Origin: Phoronis australis
Lineage: Eukaryota > Animalia > Phoronida
DNA: 64,000 bases
Assembly (NCBI GenBank): GCA_002633005.1
Contig: NMRA01001017.1
Span: 1 to 64,000, forward strand
Reading direction: 5' to 3'
A program made the position numbers and the translations under genes. Positions 36,873 to 48,851 of this stretch are shown piece by piece; position 1 is the first letter of the stretch; each line of letters opens with the position of its first letter. The notes beneath the pieces were generated by a model. The model did no database searches. It was not told where the DNA came from and saw only the letters and a list, made by a program, of their open reading frames with translations.

Positions 36873-39800
36873 ATGGATGAATCGAACGCATCATGCGACG
36901 CTGCTCAATCACATCAAACAGCTACGTCACATGAACAAGTTCAGTCTGGAGAATGCAATGAAATCCCAGGAACTGATGAGAGTCAGCTCTTGAAGGAGAA
37001 AATCTCCACGCTTGAATGTGAAAAAGGTGATTGAGAACAAAGGCTACCTCCATGTAAATTTTCGTGACACGCATTTGGTTTCGTGCAAAAAGTTGCCACT
37101 ATGACTATACACCATTGTGTCAATGAGGGCAATTTTGAGTGAGTGAAAAGTAATCTTGGTTTAGCTTCCTCCAAAATATTGCAGTTCACCGACACTATCT
37201 TCCACTAACTTGTATTAAAAATCTGGATGTTTGCAACTGAAATGAAGTCCTGTCATGATTGGATGATTTTTTGAATACAATAATTAAAAAAGTGAGAGAA
37301 GAATAATTCTAAAATTGTTACGATACTAGTATGTCCCCCTTTTGACATGATGTTTTCACTGTTTGTATACATCACAAAATGTCGAGAAGAATGATTATTT
37401 TACTGTCTAATCTAGACTTCTGAAATAAGTGAACAAACCTGGGATTAAACATTCACCAAAGGATGATTGTGTACAGTGCATGTCAGGGGAGACAACTACG
37501 TCCATTCACAACAAAGCAATGGTCAGGCATGTGTTACATGTGCAGGTTGTGTTTGTGAGTCAACTGGGTTTGCAAACAATGTTCATGAGTGCATGAACGA
37601 TGTTGTTCGGGTAGCCTGAAATCACATCACACATTGTATGATACAGGAAGCAGCTTTGTCAGTTCACAATAAAACATTGGTTTGGTGCATCAGCTAATAT
37701 AGCTGTAAAAATAACCTTGATGAGTTTGCCAAAAAGGTTTTTGAAAAACGACCTGCCTGTAATGGTATGTGGTAGCTGTTTGGATACACTGAGTGACTTA
37801 AAAAGGGAACGCGACAATGATAACCATCTGCTCCAGGCAGAGTTTGCTGCACAAAACTGTACTATGATATTGACATTCCCTCAAAATTTATTACTGTTGA
37901 CGAATTCCACTGTATGAAATAGCATTTTTCCACCATATTGTTTCTCAAAGTGACGTTTTTTATACCATAGTCTTGATTTCGGTTTTGCAGACTGCTAAAC
38001 ATCAGTGAAATGCAGCTGTAAGCAAGAATTTTTTCTGTCGATGTTTAGTTTTGCTATTTCATTTGACTGTTACAGCCAAGCTTCAGGAAGAAATGAAGGC
38101 CTTAATGGAAGAGAATAACACTCTACAACAGCGATTGTCAACATGTGAACGGGACCTGGCTAGTTACAAAGAGAAAGTGGCGACGCTTTGCGAAGGTAGG
38201 TTGGCCGCAGTTGAACAAGGTGGTGTTCTGCAACAGAATACAGTGACGGATACGGAGACAGTGGGGCTTGGCAGCATCACCCCAACCTCCCTGTCTAAAG
38301 ATGGCTCTCTTTGCACATGTTAGAGTATGTACGACTTGTATGTTGCCAAATATCTACATAACTCGGAAAGTGTGATTGTAGACATTCGGTTGACTTTTTA
38401 GGTTTTTACCACCTGCCGTTGATTGGGGAGCATGACCTTACTCCTTTAGTAAAATGCAACAAAAATAAACACTTACATTTAAACAAGACAATGATGTCAT
38501 TAATATTATCAAATTTCGTTTGATATCAATGTCCATTATGGAATCTGAAAGAGGCCATTACATTTTTTCAATTATTTTGTTGTATGCAACTTTTGAGGCT
38601 TTTCATGAGAATCATAAAAGTCTTATTTTTTGATTACCCTTCATGCAATATTGGAACAATTTAAAAACAAGTCCTAGCCAACTTTATAGAACTGTACACA
38701 ATACATAGTGTCTATAGAACTGTACACAATACATAGTGTCTATAAAACTGTACACAATACATAGTGTCTATAGAACTGTACACAATACATAGTGTCTATA
38801 GAACTGTACACAATACATAGTGTCTATAGAACTGTACACAATACATAGTGTCTATAGAACTGTACACAATACATACTGTCTATAGAACTGTACACAATAC
38901 ATAGTGTCTGAAAATTTCATATGAATCCGATCAGCCATTTTTGAGTTATGATGTTTCGAATTTGGCCAAATTTGGACACAGTTAGACTCCTATGTTCTCT
39001 TAATTTGATCCTTACTTAGATGGCTTATGATTTCTTGACTAGGGAAGGACTGATAGTTCTACAGTGCATGTCCGACACAAAAAGTGACGCACTGTGATAG
39101 GCCAATTTTTCGAGCCTGATCTCACAAGTAGTGAACTCTCAGCCCAATAGTTACTTCTTATTGGAATAGTTTTCTGTTATACAGAATTTGTTGAATACAC
39201 GACACTTTTCATTTTTCACGGTCTTTATTCCGTTGCGTTCATACTTTCTGAACAAAACTCTACTCTCTACTGAACATAGATACAGTAACTGACCTAGCGA
39301 CATAATTAAAAAGACACACGATATTTCGAAANGAACTGTACACAGTACATAGTGTCTATTGAACTGTACACAGTACATAGTGTCTAAAGAACTGTACACA
39401 ATACATAGTGTCTATAGAACTGTACACAATACATAGTGTCTATAGAACTGTACACTATACATAGTGTCTATAGAACTACACAATACACAGTGTCTATAGA
39501 ACTGTACACTATACACAGTGTCTATAGAACTGTACACAGTACACAGTGTCTATAGAACTGTACACAATACATAGTGTCTATAGAACTGTACACAGTACAT
39601 AGTGTCTATAGAACTGTACACAATACATGGTGTCTATAGAACTGTACACAATACATGGTGTCTATAGAACTGTACACAGTACATAGTGTCTATAGAACTG
39701 TACACTATACATAGTGTCTATAGAACTCTACACTATACACAGTGTCTGAAAATTTCATATGAATCCAATCAGCCATTTTTGAGTTATGATGTTTCGAATT

Positions 39801-42800
39801 TGGCCAAATTTGGACACATTTAGACTCCTACGTTCTCTTAATTTGATCCTTACTTAGATGGCTTATGATTTCTTGACTAGGGAAGGACTAATAGTTCTAC
39901 AGTGCATGGGGCCATGCATGGCCGACACAAAAAGTGCCGCACTTTGATAGGCCAACTTTTCGCGCCTGATCTCACAAGTAGTGAACTCTCAGCCCAAGAG
40001 TTACTTCTTATTGGAATAAGGAACAAGATAAGGTGGTGGTAAATGACCTAAATTCAAAGTTATTTCTTGCCAGAGGGAGTTTACACGTTCCTTAATTTTG
40101 ATAGTTATTTTATTATTTCGTGTAAACTTGTGTGAAAAATTGCAAGTCACTTGGCACTATCTCTGTATATGGATATTTTCTACATGTCGTATATACGTAT
40201 ATATAATTATATTATGTACCTCACTGCCAAGAGTGCCTTTTGGTGACATGCCTATTCACTGCCACACCTGTGGATTGGTGAATTAGGTTCTTACCATTTC
40301 TTTTAAGAATCCTATACTTCATGGGAAATAACTACAATTTAACAGCATCACAATTTTTCCATGTCCCAGACAAGAATCCCTTTTACAGCTTTGCTCAAAA
40401 TTTTTGAAGAAATTATTGATTGATTGAATAACGTTTCATGCAATGACCTCTAGACAGTCCATCACCAACGCTTTGTCTCAAATTAAAAAAATATTTGATT
40501 CGGGCTCTAAGTTTGAAATTATTGGTTAGGTATGATTTTGATGTTTAACATGGAGAGTTGAAACAATGGACTGGGACGTGTTTTGCTCGTTGTTTACAGT
40601 TGATGGTGTCTCAATGAATGGAAATGGTGGCAATGTTAAGAGCAATGTTCAGGACCGCATCGCTGCCAGTCGACTTTACGAGTGCGGCGAATGTGGGAAA
40701 AAATTTCAAAAACTATCAAAATTGACGCAGCACATGACGAGGCACGTGTGCATCTGCAATGACAAACAGACCAAGAAAGAAAGAAACGCTGAAAAAAGGG
40801 GCAGGAAATGTTGGAAATGTTTTGATGAAAGAACAAAAGCGGCAAATCACGCGTACTTGCTCGCACAGAAATCGTGTTCCAGTGAGCAGAAAGAGCCCAG
40901 TGTTGAGTACACTTGTGAAGTTTGCGACAGGAAATGTCTGAGCAGCTCCCATTTAGTCAATCACATGCGCTCGCACACAGGAGAGAAGCCGTTCTCATGC
41001 AACATCTGCGGCAGGAGTTTTGCAAGAATGAGCACGTTACGTCAGCATGGAATTGTTCACAAGGAGGCTAAGGAGTGGCAGTGTAACTTGTGTAGTTCAA
41101 AGTTTGCGCGTAAGGACGCACTTAGGCGCCACGAGATGTCGCACCAGGGCCTGAAGCTTTTCGAGTGTGACGTGTGTGGTGGGTACTGTTGTTTTTGTTG
41201 TTGTTCGTTGTTCTAGCAAGAGATGGCACCACTATGTAGGTTATTGAAAAACGTTCACTACACGCCAAAAGATGGGACCACCGTGTAGGTTAGTGGAAAA
41301 CGTACAATACATGCCAAAAGTAGTTAATATCAGGTGTCTGTTTGGGGAGAGAAATTTTTCGTGAGGTCAAAGTTCACCTACAACTTTACAACACTTGGAA
41401 TTTGTGGAAAAACACCCATATTGGTGTAGTTTGCTCAAATTCAATTCAACTGATGATGCCTCAGATTGAAAAATAGACCCCTTCAGATCCGACATTTTTA
41501 ACATCAATGATGTAGCCACCCCAGTATTGGTACAACACCCAGGCATAATATTCTTTGTTGGACTCAGTGCCGTTTCAACAGAATTATATGGATCTGATGA
41601 AGCGACTGTGTGGCAGGACATAGATAGCCACCCCTATAGTGGGAGAACAAACACCCCATGTGTAACTTTCTGTTCCTATGAAATTACGCGGATGGGATAA
41701 AGCCACCATTTGCCTTATGTCTCTTTCAGGCAAGAAATTTCTACACAAGTCGAACATGAATAAGCACTCGCGTATTCACACGGGTGAGAAGCCATACCAG
41801 TGCACCACCTGCGGGAAAAAGTTCACAACAGTGTCTCAGATGGTGCGCCACACTAAGATTCACACGGGTCAGCGGGACTATAAGTGCGACCGCTGCGATA
41901 AAGCGTTCATCGAGAAGCAGGGCCTGCAGAATCATTACCGGGTGCACACAGGTGGGTAGTGTACAAGCTGTCTTCACCTGCTGGGTTATTTCATGCTCTG
42001 CGCATAGTCTCGACTGAAGTTAGAACAAATTCTTAGTTGTTGCAAACATTTAAGTCTGGTCAGCCAGCCATCTGTTTGCCATGTCACATGACTTAATGAA
42101 TATATTTTAGTGTGAAAAAATGTCTGCCTCTGACTAGGAGTTGAACCTGGGCCCTTCTGTTAACCGTGCAAATGCTGTAGTCACTGAGCCATCAGAACCG
42201 CCGGTCAAACACAGCAATCCAGTCAGACTGAGTGGGCATCTTACCCTTGATTACATATTCATGTGAATTCCTAGTTCTCGTCCCCCGAAATCTCCTTTAT
42301 CTTGAATGAGAAACATGTTGAGAAAGGTATTGTAACGATCAAAATCAAAAGTGTTTTTGATAAAGTCAGGCTTATAGCCTCATTGATAGCCACCATGAAA
42401 ACGTGGTTTTGCTGGAAATTTTTGCGTGAACAGAATGGTTTTAGGAAACATAAATGCGTGCATAATTTTTTGCAATGGCATAACTGCTGCTGTCCTCATT
42501 AAGTGTTTTCTATCGCATGTTTTAGGTGAAAAGCCATTTTCCTGTGAGATCTGCAACAAGCCATTCAGGGAGAAGAACAACCTCCGGAAACACATGAGGA
42601 TGCACTCGGGTATGTGAACCACATATTCGATGATTACCTCAGCATGTGAACAGGGTATTTAATGATCAGCAGTGAATGTGAATGAGGTATTCAGTTATCA
42701 GTAAAAGCATATGAACTACGTATTCAGTGACCATGTAGGGATGTGAACGATTCCATTACCAGAGCATAGTCTAGAATCAGAGGAGGCAGTGTGGCCTGGT

Positions 42801-44049
42801 GGGATAATTGTCCTCTTCCTGTACACAAGGTCAGGGGCTCTAGCCCCAGTAAGGCACACTGCAAGAAACTTGAGTCAGGTCTCAAGCTCCTCAGCTCAGT
42901 TATAGCTCTATTATAATAAAGAAATAAATTTCCTCTAAGACACCTGTGCGCAAACTGACAGAAAGCACTAGGTGAACAGTTGTAATAGTCACAGCGGTCC
43001 AGCATTTTGAGAACCAAATTTCTCGACTGGCGTCAAACTGGTTTTAAAAATGCGGAGCGCGTGTGAGTGTCTGCTGCCTGAAAGTGAATACAGCTTTTAG
43101 TATTGTGCAGTTGTGCCAAAAATTTGCTCACATTTCAATACAAGGCCAGGAGATCAAATTCACTTCCTGAGTTATTTTCTGTGACTAGGCCTTCTGTATG
43201 ACTACACCTTTCAGTGAATGTAGACGAATCGTCTGTCCTATACTTGGGAATGGCAAGCAAACGACTCAGTTTTGGTGAACGAAAAAAATTTATTCCGCGA
43301 TGCTACCAATAAATAGATACTTGTTCATGTGCCAAAATTAATAAACAATGTATTTATTTTTGCTTAAATACACGATTCTTTTTTGGTCACATCTTTATGA
43401 ATTTAAACCAGTTATCTTGTTCAAAAGTCAATAAACAGTGTCATTTGAAGAGTGGGAATTTTGGGACACCCTGTATAATATGCACCGTGCTTTTGCCTGA
43501 ATTATTACCAAGTTGCAAAACGTTTTGCTTCTAAACAATTCATTTCTGTGTGATTTAGGTGAAAAGATGTATTTGTGTGATGGCTGCGGTTCGTCATTTA
43601 ACCGCAAGGGGGAGCTGCTGAAGCACAAGAAAGAACCCTGCGCCAAGATAAAGCCAACTAGCGACGATACATGTCAAGAGAGTTATGAGACCAACACACA
43701 ACCTACTGTGCCACTATTGCTAGAGATTGTGCCATACACTAATGCTGCGCCACAGATGGACTTCTGCCCACCTTCTGTCGTAAATGACCACCAGAGGTCA
43801 CTAATTAGCGAGATGCCAAGTATTGGGTTTATTGACCCACGTCAGATTACGCGACCGGTTGGCTCTGTCTGTGAACAGTCGAATGTAGCCAATCAGCACC
43901 GGAACATAAACGGCATACGAATGGCTGGGAGTGATGTTAGGCCTGTTGATCAGGGTGTGTCGGCACCTGACCCCAGGATAGGGTTTCACGATCCTAGAGT
44001 CCAGGCTTCTCTGGTGCCAAACTGGGCATCATACTCCAGTTTGAACTGA
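36873..44049 (+). CDS. C2H2 zinc-finger protein with N-terminal coiled coil, 9 fingers (last is C2HC), 549 aa
   Basis: Exons 36873-37026, 38076-38195, 40600-41178, 41730-41951, 42526-42609 and 43559-44049 have phase-1 GT-AG introns and total 1650 nt in frame. HTGEKP linkers are present, and an in-frame stop lies just upstream of ATG 36873. The finger exons are secure; the first two exons are inferred from splice sites and phase. Confidence 0.88.
38686..38909. repeat. 28-bp minisatellite (AGAACTGTACACAATACATAGTGTCTAT), array 1
   Basis: About 8 near-perfect tandem copies. Confidence 0.95.
39333..39747. repeat. 28-bp minisatellite, array 2
   Basis: About 15 copies beginning right after the single N at 39332, followed by the same ~260-bp flank as array 1. 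Confidence 0.95.
42050..42270 (-). mobile_element. Repeat with tRNA-like core (SINE family B)
   Basis: Minus-strand TGGCTCAGTGA (A box) and GGTTCAACTCC (B box). Homologous to 61845-62040. Confidence 0.6.
42783..42920 (+). mobile_element. tRNA-derived SINE, family A
   Basis: GGCAGTGTGGCCTGGTGG...GGCACACTGC...CTTGAGTCAGGTCTCAAGCTCCTCAG, matching 4557-4693 (-). Confidence 0.65.
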
Positions 44050-47000
44050 GTTCTTCCATCTTACTTTCTACCATCGACTGCTGCTGGCATCTAGTGACAA
44101 AATACTGAGTGCTGCACCAGTCCTGTACATTGCTATAAAAGAATATTTCTATGCTCATGTTTGTATATTTTGATATTTTCAAGCCATTTGGACATCTGTA
44201 GTTATGGTTATCCACCTTTCTATGCTTTGCGGTAAATTCCGGACATTCAAGTTTTGAAACTTGTAAGTTTCCTTATTCATATTTTAGCCAGCTTTATGTA
44301 CCAACGTCTCAAAATTGTTGTTTTATTGAATACGTGATGAAACCTGTTTCATTGAATCGATTTTGTGCTTGAGATATAGATTGGACTTAGAGTCTGAATT
44401 TTGCATTCAAATGTGCTTTTCATTACAAAACCCGTTCTATCCGCCTTCAGTGGGAGATCAGGATAGTGATGGTCCGTTCATAAAGTTCTAGGGTTTAGTT
44501 TTCTTATTGGCGTTGGACGTCAAGGTAAGGTTGGTGTAGAGAGCTGAATATAGCCATCAAACAGCGCAAGGTGCAAGACCAAACCAAGTGCATCTGCGAA
44601 TACACTTTTAATAAGACCGATCAAATATAAACAATGTATGAATATAACACCAGAAACGTTTAAACTCATTTGAACAGCAGAAATACAGTGTCTTTATAAT
44701 CAGGTTGGCGGGTTTGTTATTAAGTGACTTTGTCCGTCCATATTCTGTGGCTTGGCTTGTTCATCGTCACACTTCTATAAGAAGCCAAATCCCAAACAGA
44801 GGCCAGTCTCCAATAGTACATCAAAATTAAACAGGACTTGGAATTTTCTTTTTTTAGAGGAATTTACTCTTTTTTGGTTTTAATTTCCTCTTATTTGATT
44901 TACAGTTTCCTCTTTTTTATCATTATTTTAACTTAATTCATGCAAAATTGTTTATTTCAGTTAAATTTTACAACACAAAAATATTTCTGTCACACAAGCA
45001 TATTTTATTTGTGGAACAATACATCACCTGCGATATGTTCCTCTTTTTTTGTCATTGGTCATTCCAAGCCCTGGTTAGTCTGCAATTATAATAATCAGAT
45101 CTGTCGCCTTCCAAAAGATAATTGGTCAAGGTGATTTCTTAGAGCTACACGGTGCTTGTACCGTAATTGTTAGTCTCTATTAATGTCCAGGTACAAAGCA
45201 CGTCCAAAATTAACATATAACCAGGCTTCCATTAGGTTTATGGTGATTTGCATTACAATCGTTATTTTGTTATTGTCAATCACTGTTGTAACTAAGAATA
45301 CTCAAGACATGTAATTAGGAATCTTGAAATACTATCTCGAGTAGTATTTTTGACATCACTTTGGAATACAAAGTGATTCTCTGTTAAAAGCTCATGATCT
45401 TGCCTACCGTAAAATCTTCCCAATTTCGGATTAAAGTAATAAAAATTGTGTCTGTCATTTTTCTGAATAGGACCTTTAACTGTATAATTATATCATTCTT
45501 CAAAATAATGACAAATCTTCAATGTGGTTCCACTTCTTTGTATCCAAAGTTGGCAAAATTTTACTTTGCATGGAAAATACTGACATCAGTAAATAATGTG
45601 TACTTGCATTCTTGTGAAATTTTATGGAATTTGTCAGAAATTTGTGCTCTGAATAATATTCATTTCACAGTGAGTTATTTGTATTATTATGCTTGTTCAA
45701 TATAATGCAGCAATTGATGTCGAGGTTTTACTTTTTGGCAACTGAACGCCAATAACATACTCACCAAGTGACCTTAAAAATGCCGACTCGAGTTATCAGA
45801 AAATTATGCTTATACAATACACTCCAACATTACTGGGACAAAATGACATAGAATTCCTCGTCATGGGGAATGAGTGTAGGCAGAACTACATGTAATCATC
45901 ACCAAGGCCAAGTTCAAGAAGCAGACTACATCATGGGAGGATCTGGAGGGTCATTCCATCAGTCGGATCTGGGAAACGAAGATTTGCGTACACCCGATTA
46001 TTTTGCCTGCCTTGGACATTTTCTGCACTCAGTGTTGTCTTGCACAGAATGGTGTCAGGGTGATTGTACAGCTAAGAAACTTGAAATTCAGTGAACAGGA
46101 AAAACCCACACAGTGCTAATGTAGTAAAGCCAATATCAAATTTTCAAACTATAATGAAGGGTTCCACCTCAAAATGTGAACCAACGCAATGACTTCCACA
46201 GATGGTGCTGCAAGTGCTGCCTTCTTTTGGTGATCAAAGTTTGCAGTTCTAGTTTCACATTGCTTTGTTGACTGTGGTGTTCACATTGCAGCTGTAAACT
46301 GGTTCGTTTCACTTAGAAGCTAATGGTGTCCGCTCGGACAATGATTGGTTGTTGAATGTATTTTTAAGAAACTGCAAATGTTGGTGTTAGCGAGTGGTAG
46401 CAGCTGAAGAAAAAATATCAGAAATTACAAAAAAAATGCAACAGCAATATCATTTTGAAAATCCGATGATCCTAAGTTATTACGAATGCGCTTTCAGTCC
46501 TAAAATCTACGGCCATATTATTGAACAGATGAGGATGACGCGGAACTTTGAAACACCAAAAAGACCTGCTATGAGCACCAAGGAACTGCGTTTCAGTTTT
46601 GTTACTACGTTTTGAATATGAACTCGGTAAAATTTCGGACACATGGTGAAGTAGCAAAAAGAAGTGCTTCCAGTGGACACTGCTTGGATACAATTTTTTT
46701 TTTGGTATTCAGTCATGCGAGAAGCCTTTGAAAAATGAGAAAGCGACCAATTTGATGATTATATTTGTCTGAACTTGGCCCAATTCCACATAATTTTAAG
46801 AGAAAGAAAAAGGAAACAAAACAGGGCTAGTCGATACATGTTCATACCTCTCACTAGCAGACCTACTTGTTGGCAGCTGAGTTGTATCTGCAAATTGGTA
46901 TGTATGTGCGATGGTGGTAAACATTTGGGTGAAAAACGGTATGCAATACTATCGTATGGGAACAGTTGCCCTTTACTTAAAGAAACACCATCGGGTTTTC

Positions 47001-48851
47001 ATGGCTGAAAATGCTTTTTGGGAATTATTGTTGGATGGGATAAACTTCTTGAAGTTATTAGCTTTGACCAGAGTTATGAAACAACAAAATCTGCTGTTTT
47101 TTGTGATTTCAAAAAAATCCCTAATTTTCGCCGTTGTCTTCCACCCATTCACTGAGATCAGGGCTTAAAAATTGTCACATAATTATACAGTGGAGTTGAG
47201 CTCAGCCAGCTAAGTGAGTGATTGTGACCTTTGAGGTTGTGAGTTTGATTTCACCTTGGGGCTGATTTCAGAAAACCACTTTTCTTTGAGATTGCGTCAC
47301 TTTTTAAATTATATTTAAATTGTGTTCTTAGCAAACTGACATGCACTACTAACAAGATAAAAAAACAACACTACATAAAAAACAAGAGCTGTGTAAAGAC
47401 ACTCATGAAAGAAAGTGATTTTAAGACATACGAACAGGACAAAATTGTTACAGAAAAATCTCACTAATATATCATGGATAAAACAGTAATTTTGGACAAT
47501 TTTATCCCAGTGGGTTCAGAATGAATTGTCAAGCACGACTCCAAAAAGGTTAGACGAATTATGGCACTCTTAAAACCTAAAAACAGAAAACAACATTTTC
47601 TAACAAGCATTTACTTTGCACAACTGTCAGAGTGAACTCGATGAATTAGTCCTTAAAACAACTATAAACCCACGTTTCATCCAAAAAGCCAACTTTCGCG
47701 AAGAAGTGACTTCTTAGTTTGCCAGTGCATAACATGATACGCCAAGACAAAAAAAATGAAGCCAGCTTGTACAGCCAGTTCTAAAAAATAATGAACTGCT
47801 AGCTGTTTCGAGGGCCTGATATCGCCTCCAGATTGACTTAGGAACAAACTGAGACCAATTTCATATTTAAAAAATTGTTTAAATCAAAATCCGTTTTTGT
47901 GATGGAAGGTGAGTTTAGAGCCGCTTTAAAATATTATATAATATTCAATTTAACACCAACGCAATACCACAGACATTTAACAAGATGAATGAGCAATAAA
48001 ATACATTTCCCTCTTACTACTTAAAATGTAAATTACAAATCACTTTCCAGTCGCAAATAAACAAGTCTCAATCATCTCCACAACATTTGTAGCATATAGA
48101 GTTGATTATGATCAGGAAAGCAGCCATTCAAGGGATTTCACAGTTTTTCAGATGCATTCTGGGATAGTTGATGTCTTGTAAACATTCAGACAACTTGTGG
48201 CCATATAACCAGATTTATTTAATACTTTGCATTTCAAGTGGAGATTTGACTTCAGCGAGATCAGATCACACGTGCCTCAAGAATATTTCCCGCACACGAT
48301 TTGCTAATCTATATCAACGCACTTTGTAACCTTCCGTCAGTCTTTTGTTTTTGTATGACGATTACTTGGTCACACTCGCACCAAAAACATGTTGCAAAGG
48401 ACCTGTGGTTTCGATTCTGGTTCACACGAGAGACAAATGTTGTTTCTCATCAGACTACACATCACCAAGTTGTTTGTCATGTCACGGGATGTTTGCAAGC
48501 TTGTAACAGTCCCAGAATGCATAGCGACATTTTGCCAGTCACATATAAAATCCCCAACCTAAAGGTGAAAGATGACAAAATGTCCCAAGACAACCAAGCA
48601 TTAACTGTATTTCAACTTATAAGTAAATGGAATGTCAAAAATATTTGCTTTCACCCTGAGAGATTGAATAGTGTGATCGATAAGAGTTTCCAATCTCACA
48701 ACATAATTATTTTATTACTTTCTCAACCTGTTCGTCGATGTGAATGTAATTTAGTCTAAAAAAGTCATTTAAATACAGCTATATGCGTCATTATCGGTTT
48801 AAGCAACAGTACAGCTGCAGGTAAAATACAATCTTACACATTTCAGAGCAG

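Larger units (their letters stand above)
38399..40052. mobile_element. HINE-like element hosting the 28-bp minisatellite
   Basis: Inverted subterminal motifs TAGGTTTTTACCACC (~38399) / GGTGGTAAATGACCTA (~40035). Related diverged sequence appears at ~50870-51100 and ~54320-54600. Confidence 0.5.

Noticed and set aside
38686-39747. 28-bp repeats of CRISPR-like length
   Set aside because: The units are contiguous with no unique spacers, there are no cas genes, and the context is a eukaryotic intron; this is a minisatellite.
41221-41320. ~50-bp imperfect tandem duplication in a ZNF intron
   Set aside because: Only two diverged copies and no sign of function.
44050-48851. Short ORFs between the convergent ZNF and CMTR2 3' ends (e.g. 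45870-46094, 48301-48759)
   Set aside because: No recognisable motifs or consistent exon structure; probably UTR or intergenic repeat-derived sequence.
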